Source: Marsupella aquatica (Eukaryota > Plantae > Marchantiophyta). Taken from it: a DNA stretch of 64,000 nt. Positions 50,404 through 61,137 of the stretch are shown here, piece by piece. Location of the stretch: positions 6,190,847 to 6,254,846 of the forward strand of contig OZ316892.1 in the NCBI GenBank assembly GCA_973895155.1. The letters are read 5' to 3'. The position numbers were made by a program, and so were the translations under genes. Below the pieces are notes generated by a model. It did not search any database. It was given only the letters and a program-made list of their open reading frames with translations, and was not told the origin of the DNA. Numbering within the stretch: position 1 is the first letter of the stretch; the number at the start of each line of letters is the position of its first letter.

Positions 50404-51105
50404 ATGTCGACGATGATGGCTTCCAGTGCAGTATTGGGAGGACTGAGGAGTCTGCATGACCCTGCCTCACTCAAGAAGACGAGTTTGACGGGAAACACAT
50501 TGAACTTGGGCTTTGCAAAGGCGAGGATTGGGGCAAGGCAGCACCAGAGCTTGAAGGTACGAAGCGAAGGGGGGTTGAAGGAGTCGGTCGATAAGGCCAC
50601 GAAGACGGAGATTTCCCGCGATGAGATTCTCCGCAACCAGGCCGAGAATGAGTCAGAGAAGAAGTCCGTCTTCGGCACTGAGCCCAAGAGCGGCTCGTTC
50701 TACCCTCGCCCTGAGGTCGAGAGGCGTCCCGAAACCGGCAACAGAGACCTCGGTAGCATTTTCGCATTCGATGGCGCAGTGCCAGAGACCGTGAACGGCC
50801 GGCTCGCAATGGTGGGCCTCGTGTGGGCTTTGGTCGCCGAGCGAGTGAGCGGACTGACCGTGTTCGAGCAGCTCTACACTCCTGCTGGAGGCTTCGGGCT
50901 GGTGTTCTACATCGCCGTGGTGCAGCTCATCACCTTCGCGTCTGTGATTCCCGCTCTGAACGGCGAGTCCACAGATGCGCGAAGCTTCGGCCCCTTCAGA
51001 GCGCAAGCGGAACGATGGAACGGGCGTCTGGCGATGTTGGGATTCCTGTCGCTGCTTCTCACGGAGCAGTTCATCAAGGCTCCCGTCTTCAGCACTTGGT
51101 TTTAA
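50404..51105 (+). CDS. ELIP: Early light-induced protein (LHC superfamily), 233 aa, intronless
   Basis: Transit-peptide-like N-terminus. Two chlorophyll-binding motifs, FAFDGAVPETVNGRLAMVG and AERWNGRLAMLGF, flank a middle hydrophobic helix. Start is set at ATG 50404 by comparison with copy 2. Confidence 0.92.
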   Translation: MSTMMASSAVLGGLRSLHDPASLKKTSLTGNTLNLGFAKARIGARQHQSLKVRSEGGLKESVDKATKTEISRDEILRNQAENESEKKSVFGTEPKSGSFYPRPEVERRPETGNRDLGSIFAFDGAVPETVNGRLAMVGLVWALVAERVSGLTVFEQLYTPAGGFGLVFYIAVVQLITFASVIPALNGESTDARSFGPFRAQAERWNGRLAMLGFLSLLLTEQFIKAPVFSTWF

Positions 51106-52160
51106 ATTGAGTCAAGTTAGCAACAATCCAGTAGAACGAACCATTTTAGTTGGATCGATTGTAAAGTTCTCGTATTAGTGTACAGTAATCTAGCAACAAT
51201 TGTTCAGCTGTTTTCCATTCAAGGTAGGGTAGGCGATCGGAATTGGATCGGGGGCGACCGCAGCATAGATTTAATTAGCTATGTACTAGGAGTCTTCGCC
51301 CGCTGTCTAGAAATTTTGCAGAATTCTTGCAAGCATTGAATCGGCATTCTTGTCTGAAGTTCCTGTTACTTACAAATGTGCAGTCATCAGAAATCGACTG
51401 TCTACAGCTGAAGAGATCAATAAATCGTGCAACAATTTTCTATCTCTTTTGTCCATGCCCAGCAACCGTTAATTGTGAAGCATCTGTCTTCTCAAGCGAG
51501 TGCAATACCTTCTCTGTTCGATCTCACAGATGACTCCTACGCTTCAATCCATCGAGTGCTAAACAAGCGGCTAACTTGAATTGCAATTCAAATTCGTTTG
51601 AACTGATCTTTTGAATCATAAGCGAAACATTTCGTTACAATTCAATCCAATGTGAACATCTCGAACACGCAGCAATGGAAATGTTATCAAAAATTGATTT
51701 ACAGTGACATACTACGTCAAAAGCAACAAAAACTGATCTGATAACTAATATCAGTTCAAACCCAAATTTTACGTTTATTTCGCCTTCTACATCTGTGCAT
51801 GAAACTTGATACTATCATTTCAAAATCTATGAAACTTGATACCATCATTTCAAAATCCAGAACAGATATTGCCACATAAAGTAATAAACTTCATTCGTAA
51901 ATATGCACAGCTTTATCCATAATCATTCTCGTTTGCATGCAATAATGTATAGGATGGCACGTTCCCCTCACTACCTGCACAGAAGGATTCAACACTTGGA
52001 GGTCCTATTCGTGGGCAAACCTAAATACTTGAAAAGTCGACTGGTGCTCTGATGTAGTGATCAGCTTATTTTTTAAGGACTTCACTTTTTAGCCAGAGTG
52101 GATGTGTGAGGGAGAAGATGCTCAGAAGATTCCCTATTCAATTATTTTCCTGACCGTCAG

Positions 52161-52276
52161 ATCTCCCTAGATTTAAGGCTGACCATTAGATTCTGGCTAA
52201 TGGGGCCTGGGATTAGGTATCTCCCTAGATTTAAGGCTGACCATTAGATTCTGGCTAATGGGGCCTGGGATTAGGT
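52161..52276. repeat. Perfect 58-bp tandem duplication
   Basis: atctccctagatttaaggctgaccattagattctggctaatggggcctgggattaggt x2. The surrounding ~52130-52380 resembles ~63245-63430. Confidence 0.95.
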
Positions 52277-52465
52277 GAAACACTGGCTAATGAGCCAGAA
52301 AAATAGTAGCCAATTTTCGCCAAAAGTGGGGAAGGATTTTTGGGGAGGTGGAATCTAGCTAATTTTTGCCACTAAAAGAAACGCTGGTAGTGATGTAGTT
52401 TAGGAATGATGGGATACAATCTTATGGGGCAGGGTGAGCATTTAACATACCAGTGTCTTTGGGCA

Positions 52466-52590
52466 CATATACAACTACTCGAAACGCCTACTACTAAGTG
52501 TACTGTGCACCATTCTTGTGGCCTTCCATATACAACTACTCGAAACGCCTACTACTAAGTGTACTGTGCACCATTCTTGTGGCCTTCCAT
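52466..52590. repeat. Perfect 61-bp tandem duplication
   Basis: catatacaactactcgaaacgcctactactaagtgtactgtgcaccattcttgtggccttc x2. Confidence 0.95.
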
Positions 52591-53119
52591 GCTACCACCA
52601 CTGCTAGAATGTAGTCTAGAGACCAAGGGGGGAGCAGGTGAATTACAAAAGGACGTGAGAACCTCTAGTCCTGCATTTCGAAGAGCTAAGGATATCTATC
52701 AAGTGTTATAAGGAGCTACGTATTAAAAAAAACTCTAGTGGATGTTACATCGACAGCAATGGTATCTTCCCCTCGTTTTCCCGTTGTTTTTCCTGCTTTG
52801 TTGGCTTTCTTTGGTCCCCCTATTGTTCTTAGCATTATTTTATGTAAAATGTAATTTGCACCAGTGAGTAATGCACTTTGATGTTCCCCTACCTTTGCCC
52901 TTGTGTTGGGTCTTTGCCGTTGGGATCCTGTCTCCCTGCTGTTGCGTTTTTTGTTCGTTGTACTAAGGGCCACTTTGCATAATTTTCAGCTCCACACCTC
53001 AACCCAATTTGCTTGAGATCTAACCTGGGCCATGAAAAACCAAAAGAGGGAAAAGCTCATTATCTGGTCTTGGACCGATTGGAAATTCACAATCCTCAGA
53101 TTTCCAAGATTTTCAATGT

Positions 53120-55351
53120 GGAGCCAAGGAGGGCTCGGACTGATCTCCTTAATGGCACAATTCAGAGCTTTAGCTGGGAGCTTCATCATCTGGGCATTGG
53201 CTGAAGGAGACCACCCTCTGAGACATATTCTTCAATTCCAGATTCAACAGCTCTCTATGCAAAAATGGGGGCCTGAGGACTTCACGTGGGTTTTTTCACA
53301 CTGCCACACTCTTCCACAGGGTGGCTCCCAAGTATGGGTCAATGTTTGCACTGCTTGGAACGTCGTCAAGAAGCATTTGAAGCCCACACCCCCGGGACAC
53401 TTGGAAGGCTGGAGATATCTCCCCCTTTGGAGACCTCATCTCAACCATACAAACTCCACTGGGGCGAAGTGCCATAGCAACCCACAACGTAAAATCAAGA
53501 GGGCAGGTTTTCAATTGATGCAGGATGTACTGGATCCACAGGGAGAATTCCTGAGGTGGGAGGATGGACCCAATGCGAGTCTTCTACGGAGTCGTGCTTG
53601 GGCTTATCGTAAGATGATTGCCAACCTCAAGAGCGTTCCGGAATTCCACAGCAATCCTCCCCAATTGCTCCCTATCTTCATGGAAGCATGGCTTTCGGAC
53701 GGCATCCTATACATCTGGGAATTCTCAACTAAGAGGCGACTTATTACAACACAATGGCAATTTCACCCAGGATACATCAACACCAAAACGGACCTTCCAA
53801 GTGATTAACAATTGTTTACACAAACTGGTCACATTCGCTCCACCTTCTGAGGTGCTATTGCCCCGAGGCTATTGCACAGGGTCTTGATCAGGAAACAGAG
53901 CGCTGATGCTCCACACCAAATCCGCATCGGGAGGACAATCGGCTCCCCTAGCACCTTTGCTCCAGTACAAGTGGAAAGATGGCCTTCCTTTCATGGACAC
54001 GTCTACCGCCCACTTAAGGGAGATCCAAGGGAGGCTTCCAGGGACTCTTCACAAGGCCATACACAAATGGGTGTTACAGTTAAATTGGACTCCTGACCCC
54101 AGAGCCCTTTGGACCCGCACATGGCTCCCCTTCCGTGCTGCTCATGAGAACTGCTACCTGTGGCAGTTAATTTATCACATCCCGGCCTCACAACACTGTC
54201 TGGAGATTTCCTTGTCTTCCACCCTCTGACCTGATTACCTGGTGCACTCGATGCGGATTGAATCAACACAAAGACATTGTCCACTGCATTTGGGAGTGCA
54301 CATATCTCAAGTGGTCTGGATCTGGGTACAAGACTTCCTTCGACATTGTGCGTTCTCTCAAGGGGGCTGGGTCCTCCTTCAACCGGTTCACATTTTCGTA
54401 GGGGCTGCACTTCTGGATGTGCGGGACATACCAACAAAGCTCTGGCACCGTCTCAGGGCCATTTTATGTTGGCACATTTGGAAGGATCGGTGCACACATT
54501 TCATAGAGCATACTAGATCAAAATCCGCACGTGGTCATCAGGAAGGCTTGGCATCGCCTCGGCATCTATCTCAAGCTGCATGTTGAGCATAGACGACATT
54601 CGCAACGGCAAGCCCATGAACCATCCAACGCACAATAGTCGACACAGAGAGATACGTGGTTCACCTCCACATGAGGCTATGTCCATGGGAACACACAAGA
54701 GCTTTACTGCACTCTAGACCGACCGGCCATACCAAGCATCCAAAGCACAAGCTCTCCCTATCTCTCAACTAGCTCCGTAACAATGAGCCTAAGTTCCACC
54801 AGGGCCTGGCATCAGCCCTGGCTATATACACAACAGCACTACCGCTAACAATAGCTAAGTCCTAACCCGAGTTAGCCTAACTGTAGTTAGCTCATGAGTC
54901 ACAAGACTAGAGCAATATCTAACACAAGCGTGACTGGGCCAAGCACTGGGCCAGCATTTGGACTGGGAGGACCACATTTGCTAAAGCACATCTGGACATG
55001 TCCCGGGCTTTTGGTAATTGGGACAGCCTATGGCAAATCCATGAAGATATTCTTCAAGTTCAGCCGGTCCCTCCCCGCCCCCATGATGTGTTGGCTTCTG
55101 CGGGTGATGAGGCTGCACTTCTGGTAGACTGATAGACTTTCTTTCTTGGACCCACTGTTCAGTACCTCGCCGGTCTCTGTTCACTGGCCAGTCTTTGGGA
55201 GTGTGTTGCTCCTGTAGTAGTTTCTAAATTTCTTGTTGGCTGCCCCCTTGGAGGCTCAGCTTCTTACCTGGTTCCGGCTCCATTGCCCTTTTGGGCCCCT
55301 CTTTGTATGCTGACTTTTTGAATGGAATTCAATGGGTTTTTTCGAGGCGAA
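53120..55351 (+). mobile_element. 5'-truncated LINE, same family as 25168-28250
   Basis: GGLGLISLMAQFRALAG..FIIWALAEGDHPL and PLWRPHLN are homologous to the minus-strand copy. 14-bp TSD aagattttcaatgt (53106-53119) / aagatcttcaatgt (55352-55365). The flanks rejoin to match the uninterrupted sequence at ~60016-60355. Confidence 0.92.
54577..54924. mobile_element. Solo LTR (348 bp) inserted in LINE
   Basis: TG...CA termini and 5-bp TSD CAAGC (54572-54576 and 54925-54929). Removing it restores the LINE frame IYLK|RDWAKHW...MSRAFG, matching IYIRRDRPRHR...MCQDFG in the other copy. Confidence 0.85.
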
Positions 55352-56374
55352 AAGATCTTCAATGTCTGGACTTTTAGATTACCGACATTCAAGGGGCTTG
55401 ATGAGTCTCAAGCTCAAAAAACAAATACCACCTCAAGATGATCAAGTGGGGGTGAGGGAATGAATGTAAAGTGATTATAAGGCAAACTTACCAATGGAAG
55501 TCTACTTAAAATGAGAATTTAAAAGACTTTCATGAGTTTTGGTTTTGTATGTTTGATGACATTTATATTCTACAATTCACATGTGTTGAGGCCGGTGTTG
55601 AGTAGCTGACCATTACTCAGAGACAGCATGCACCTATGCATTTTAACATCTAACAGACACACAAACAGTTGACACATTCAAGTCAGGGATACATGGTTCG
55701 ATTCACCTCTCCAAGGCCTATATTCACACCGGAACACACATGAAGCTTTAGTGAACCCTTAGTGAACCCTAAGCTCGTCAACCTTCCCAAGTCTCCATAG
55801 GCTATTCCCCTCGTTGGATGGTCAGGATTTGACTCTGCAATCGCTCAATTGGTCGCTCCTTTACCACTCAGCATCACTCACCGTTGGAAGCGGGGTTAAT
55901 CACCGGTAGTGTATGCAAACTCTACAGCTGGAAATTATTTTAAAGAAAAACACACTTTGCTAATAGAGGACCCACAGACTGCCTGATGTATGAAAATTCT
56001 TCAGCTCCGTGGGAAATCAAAACCCAACTACTTTGCTAGTAGATTACCCACAGAGTACTGGCTTGATGTAGGAACACTCTTCAGCTCTGCAGGAAATCAA
56101 AAACCACCCACTTTGCTAGTAAAGCTCCCACCGATCCCAAGAACGGGAAGGAGCGAAGAGTCCAGAAAGGACCAATGATTTCGGAGGGGAACTGATGAGA
56201 GAGGCTGCAGTTGTTGGCGAGGAGAATGACCCACGTAGGTGTGATTTGCTTGATTCTATGCTCTACAGGTGCCTGGTTCCGTACCCACTCTTTCGCCCTT
56301 TTTTCGTGTTCGAACGCCTCTGTCATACCGCCGAGAGCTGTGAATGGTGCATCGTGTCGTTAGAATCGCGATCA

Positions 56375-56456
56375 CACGTGTAATTGCCAAATGTCCAATT
56401 TCGCCGACTGCTTCGTGTCTCGCTGCCGGTTGCGTCCAACTCTGCTCTCCTATATA
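56375..56456 (+). promoter_or_regulatory. ELIP copy 2 core promoter: G-box, DRE/CRT-like GCCGAC, TATA box
   Basis: CACGTG 56375-56380, GCCGAC 56403-56408, TATATA 56451-56456. Confidence 0.62.
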
Positions 56457-56653
56457 GCACAGCCAGACTCTGCTCCTCTAAGCCATCCAGCTTGTATTCA
56501 ATTATCAGCTCCTATTGATATATTTTACTTTAGCTTTTTCTGCTACTCGATCACATCGAACTCGATCAGAACCGTGGTTTGCCACTAAGGTGATCCCTAG
56601 ATCCAATTACTGTCAGTGCAAAGTTTTTAACTGTGTAGAAACGATCAATCACG

Positions 56654-57355
56654 ATGTCGACGATGATGGCTTCCAATGCAGTGTTGGGAGGACTGAGGAG
56701 TCTGCATGATCCTGCCTCATTCAAGAAGACGAGTTTGAGGGGAAACACATTGAATTTGGGCTTTGCAAAGGCGAGGATTGGGGCAAGGCAGCACCAGAGC
56801 TTGAAGGTACGAAGCGAAGGAGGGTTGAAGGAGTCGGTCGACAAGGCCACGAAGACGGAGATTTCCCGCGACGAGATTCTCCGCAACCAGGCCGAGAATG
56901 AGTCAGAGAAGAAGTCCGTCTTCGGCACTGAGCCCAAGAGCGGCTCGTTCTACCCTCGCCCTGAGGTCGAGAGGCGGCCGGAAACCGGCAACAGAGGCCT
57001 CGGTAGCATTTTCGCATTCGATGGCGCAGTGCCAGAGACCGTGAACGGCCGGCTTGCAATGGTGGGCCTCGTGTGGGCTTTGGTCGCCGAGAGAGTGAGC
57101 GGACTGACCGTGTTCGAGCAGCTCTACACTCCTGCTGGAGGCTTCGGGCTGGTGTTCTACATCGCCGTGGTGCAACTCATCACCTTCGCGTCTGTGATTC
57201 CCGCGCTGAAAGGCGAGTCCACAGATGCGCGAAGCTTCGGCCCCTTCAGAGGGCAAGCGGAACGATGGAACGGGCGTCTGGCGATGTTGGGATTCCTGTC
57301 GCTGCTTCTCACGGAGCAGTTCATCAAGGCTCCCGTCTTCAGCACTTGGTTTTAA
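56654..57355 (+). CDS. ELIP: Early light-induced protein (LHC superfamily), 233 aa, intronless
   Basis: Same motifs as copy 1; six amino-acid differences by eye. Confidence 0.93.
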   Translation: MSTMMASNAVLGGLRSLHDPASFKKTSLRGNTLNLGFAKARIGARQHQSLKVRSEGGLKESVDKATKTEISRDEILRNQAENESEKKSVFGTEPKSGSFYPRPEVERRPETGNRGLGSIFAFDGAVPETVNGRLAMVGLVWALVAERVSGLTVFEQLYTPAGGFGLVFYIAVVQLITFASVIPALKGESTDARSFGPFRGQAERWNGRLAMLGFLSLLLTEQFIKAPVFSTWF

Positions 57356-58959
57356 ATTGAGTCAAGTTAGCAACAATCCAGTAGAACGAACCATTTTAGT
57401 TGGATCGATTGTAAAGTTCTCGTATTAGTGTACAGTAATCTAGTAACAATTGTTCAGCTGTTTTCCGTTCAAGGTAGGGTAGGCGATCGGAATTGGATCG
57501 GGGGCGACCGCAGCTGAGATTTAGTTCGCTAGGTTCTAAAAGTCTTCTCCCGCTGTCTCCAAATTTTGCAGAATTTATGCAAGCATTGAATCGGCATTGT
57601 TGTCTGAATTGCCTGTTACGTACGAATGGGCAGTCATCAGAATTCGATTGATTACGTCTGAAGAGATCAATAAATTGTGCAACAATTACTATCATCGATC
57701 TTCATCTCTTGTTTCCTTGCTCTGCTAACCGTTAAACAGCTGTCTTCTCAAGCGAGTGCAACACTCTCTCTATTGGATCTCACATCGGACTCTAGGTTTC
57801 AGTCCATCGAGTACTAATCAAACTGCTTTCAATTGCAAGTCAAACTTGTTTGAACAAAACGTTTCGATTACAGGGAATGTACTAAAATACAGTTAAAGAC
57901 TTTAATCTAATTGCAATTTGACTGCTCAGAAATGTAAACTTGTCATCAAAAATTGATTTACAATGACACATAATGTCTGAGGATGAAAATTATAGCAGCT
58001 GAAACTGCTTTGAGAATCAATTTCAGTTCCAACTCAAATCTCGCATTTATGTCGTCTACTACAAATTTTGATGAAAGACGATATGATCAAGTCGAAATTA
58101 ACAAAAGTATTGACCTACTGAATAGTCACCTTCATTCGTAGATATGCAAGGTTTCATTCAAAATCATACTTATCCAAAATCATAATCTGTTGTACGCAGT
58201 AATGTATACCACCTCGCCCTCACGCCTGTGCGTTAGATGTTTCATCACCTGGAAACACGACCTAGTATACTATAGCTTTTGATGTCATTTGCACCAGTGA
58301 CTAAGGAGGACTTTACAAGACGTCGGGGGCACTTGGGAGATTTTTTTACCAAAGCAAACTGGAGGGCCATTACACACACTAAATATAGTGTCCCGGGGCT
58401 AAAAGCATTTTTTGAATCTTTTTATTGCCCCCAAGGTCTTGTAAAGCCAAGTGCAGCCATTGGTGCCAGACTAATTGACTAAAAGACAGATTGAGGACCC
58501 ACTCCACCTGAATGTCACGTAATCTTTGGCTAAAGTCTTTGTAAATGTGAGAAGAGAATATCTTATGAAGGACTTGTGGGTCCCTTTTTATTACAAATGA
58601 CTTAAAATAGAAATGGACCAAGCGGCCAGAAGAAGAGACCACCAAGAGAGGTGGTCTAAAATCTAGGACAAAAGAGTGCTCCACATAAGCAAAAATTGGG
58701 CCCCACTGCATTCCATGTAGGATTGGTAACAGGTTGGGTTGAAAGTGCCCCCAAGGTTTTGTAAAGTGAACAGCAGCAATTTCTCTCAAATGGATGGCCT
58801 TGATCAGATCTTGGACACAAAAAAAATGTGGAAACTGCCCCAAGGTCTTGTAAAGCCACCCTAATGCAGCTTGATGTTCCCATCTCTTTGACCTTGTTCT
58901 ACAGGCGTGTGTGGTCTTCTGTGGAGAACGGAGACCTTATCATCTTCGTTCTTCAGTAC

Positions 58960-59245
58960 CTTCTTTAGACATTTTTTCCTGTCTTCACTATCTTTTTAGA
59001 CACTCTGCTTTAAACATCCCTTCCTGTCTTCAATATCTTTTAGACACAACTATCTTTTAGACATCCTTTCCTGTCTTCAATATCTTTTAGACACTCTTCT
59101 CTAGACATGCCTTCTATCTTTTCAGACACTACCTTTTCCTGTCTTCACTCTCTTTTCAGACAATCTTCTTAAAACATCCCTTCTTGTCTTCACTATCTTT
59201 TTAGACTCTCGTAGTTAGACATCCCTTCCTGTCTTCACTATCTTC
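58960..59245. repeat. Pyrimidine-rich degenerate minisatellite
   Basis: Repeated ttagacatcccttcctgtcttca(c/a)tatctttt variants. Confidence 0.8.
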
Positions 59246-60376
59246 TTTGGAAAGGTAGCTCTTGCTTAGGGCTGTCTTGCATGTGATGGTCCTTGGAGTT
59301 CCCGCCCTCTACATTCCCTAACATGCAGGGAAAAAGTAGATTTGGTTTGTCCACAAGATCTCTGTAAATGAGGTATATGATTTGCTCTCATAAAGTAAAG
59401 TTCTTTGTTTGTTATGAAATTTGAAGATCTCAAAGGGAAGGGCTGGAAATGTTGCCCTTAGTTTTCCTCAAATGTTGCCTTCCGGCCTGCATAGGGAGAT
59501 GGGTCAGGCATGAAGCACTAGCTCAATGATGAGGTGACATGAGTGAATGAAAGTGCTGATTTTTTAAGGGCCCTGCACATGCAAGGCAGCCCTTAGGCCT
59601 TCACTATTCTTTGTAAAGCTGAGGCTTTTCAATTTGTCACTCACTTGGAATTAGTCGTTTACCATTTTAGCGGACTAATAGGACTTTTTAAGCTCTTTGG
59701 TCTTCTGGGTTTTTCCCCTTCTAGTGGGTATCCTGTCTGTGGTACCCTGTCTCTAGGGATTTTTTGGCTCTTCGTGGGTACTATCGCTTACTTTCTTCAT
59801 TCATTGCATATCCTCTCTTTGGGTTAGTGTCTCCTAGTTTGGTGCTTTTTGTTCGTTTTCATCAGTGTGATCTAAAACTCATTTGAGGTCTAGTCCCCTG
59901 TTGGTGCTCTTAGGGTTGAAACTCTTCTGTCTTGACTAATCCGTCTTTTCTTGTGTTCTCCCCTTGTGTTGGAACTTCTGCATGTTAAGATGCCTGCTTT
60001 GCGTTTTCTGTTCTTTGTACTAAGGGCCACTTTGCATAACTTTCAGCCCCACACCTCAACCAAAAAATGAATCTGGGCTGTTCCAAAAACAAAAGAGGGA
60101 AAAGCTCATCACATGGTTGTTAACTCACAATCCTCGGCTTCCAAAGATTAGAATCACAATAATTAAAGGCGGTTGATGAGTCTCAATCTCAAAAACAAAT
60201 GCCACCTCAAAATGACCAAACGGGGCTGAAGAAATGAATGTAAAATAATTCTAAGGCAAAGTTAACTATGGGATCAACTTAAAATGAGAACTTAAAGACT
60301 TTCATAGTTTATTTTCTACAATACACACGTGTTGAGTAGCTAACTGTCACTCAGACAGGATCCCAGAGTAGGAAGA

Positions 60377-60930
60377 CCCAATGAAGGGGATGCAACCAAA
60401 GAGCGAAATACTTTATTGTAATGAAACCACAAGCTAAACACCCAATCAAGAGGAGGCAACCAAAGAGCTAAATAAGTTAATATTGTGATGAAACCACAAG
60501 CAAAACATCCAATCAAGGGGAGTCAACCAAAGAGCTAAATACTTTATTGTAAAGAAACCACAAGCTAAACACCCAATCAAGAGGAGGCAACCAAAGAGCT
60601 CAATAAGTTAATACTGTAATCAAACCACAAGCAAAACATCCAATCAAGGGGAGTCAACCAAAGAGCTAAATACTCTATTGTAAAGAAACCAGAAGCAAAA
60701 CACCCAATCAAGAGGAGACAACCAAAGAGCTAAATAACTTAATATTGTAATGAAACCACAAGCAAAACATCCAATCAAGGGGAGTAAACCAAAGTGCTAA
60801 ATACTTTATTGTAAAGAAACCACAAGCAAAACACCAAATCAAGGGCAGCCAAAGAGTTAAATACTTCACTGTAATGAAAACACAAGCAAGAGACCCTATC
60901 AAGGATAGGCAACCAAAGAGCTAAGTACGT
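60377..60930. repeat. Satellite with alternating 64/67-bp monomers (131-bp higher-order unit)
   Basis: Anchor (c)aaccaaag at 60393, 60457, 60524, 60588, 60655, 60719 and 60786, giving spacings 64, 67, 64, 67, 64, 67. Edge copies are degenerate. Confidence 0.93.
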
Positions 60931-61137
60931 TATTCGAAACGAAACCAACTACCTGAGTAACAAAAAATGGCAACCATGATAGTCATCGAGACTACTGCAG
61001 TGAACACTCCGCTTCTGTCTTGTGAACCCACTTCACTCAAACCCAGCAACCATGATAGTCATTACGACTACTGCACTGAACTCTCCCTGCTTCTGCCTCC
61101 CGTCTCAATGTCCCGATTGCACATCAAAATATGACAT

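Larger units (their letters stand above)
49484..51950 (+). repeat. Duplicated ELIP unit, copy 1 (promoter, CDS, 3' flank)
   Basis: Colinear with ~55805-58208 from cccctcgttggat through taatgtata. Confidence 0.88.
55805..58208 (+). repeat. Duplicated ELIP unit, copy 2
   Basis: Colinear with 49484-51950. Confidence 0.88.

Noticed and set aside
55590-55720. GGTTCGATTC B-box-like motif suggesting a tRNA or SINE
   Set aside because: No convincing A-box spacing or cloverleaf.
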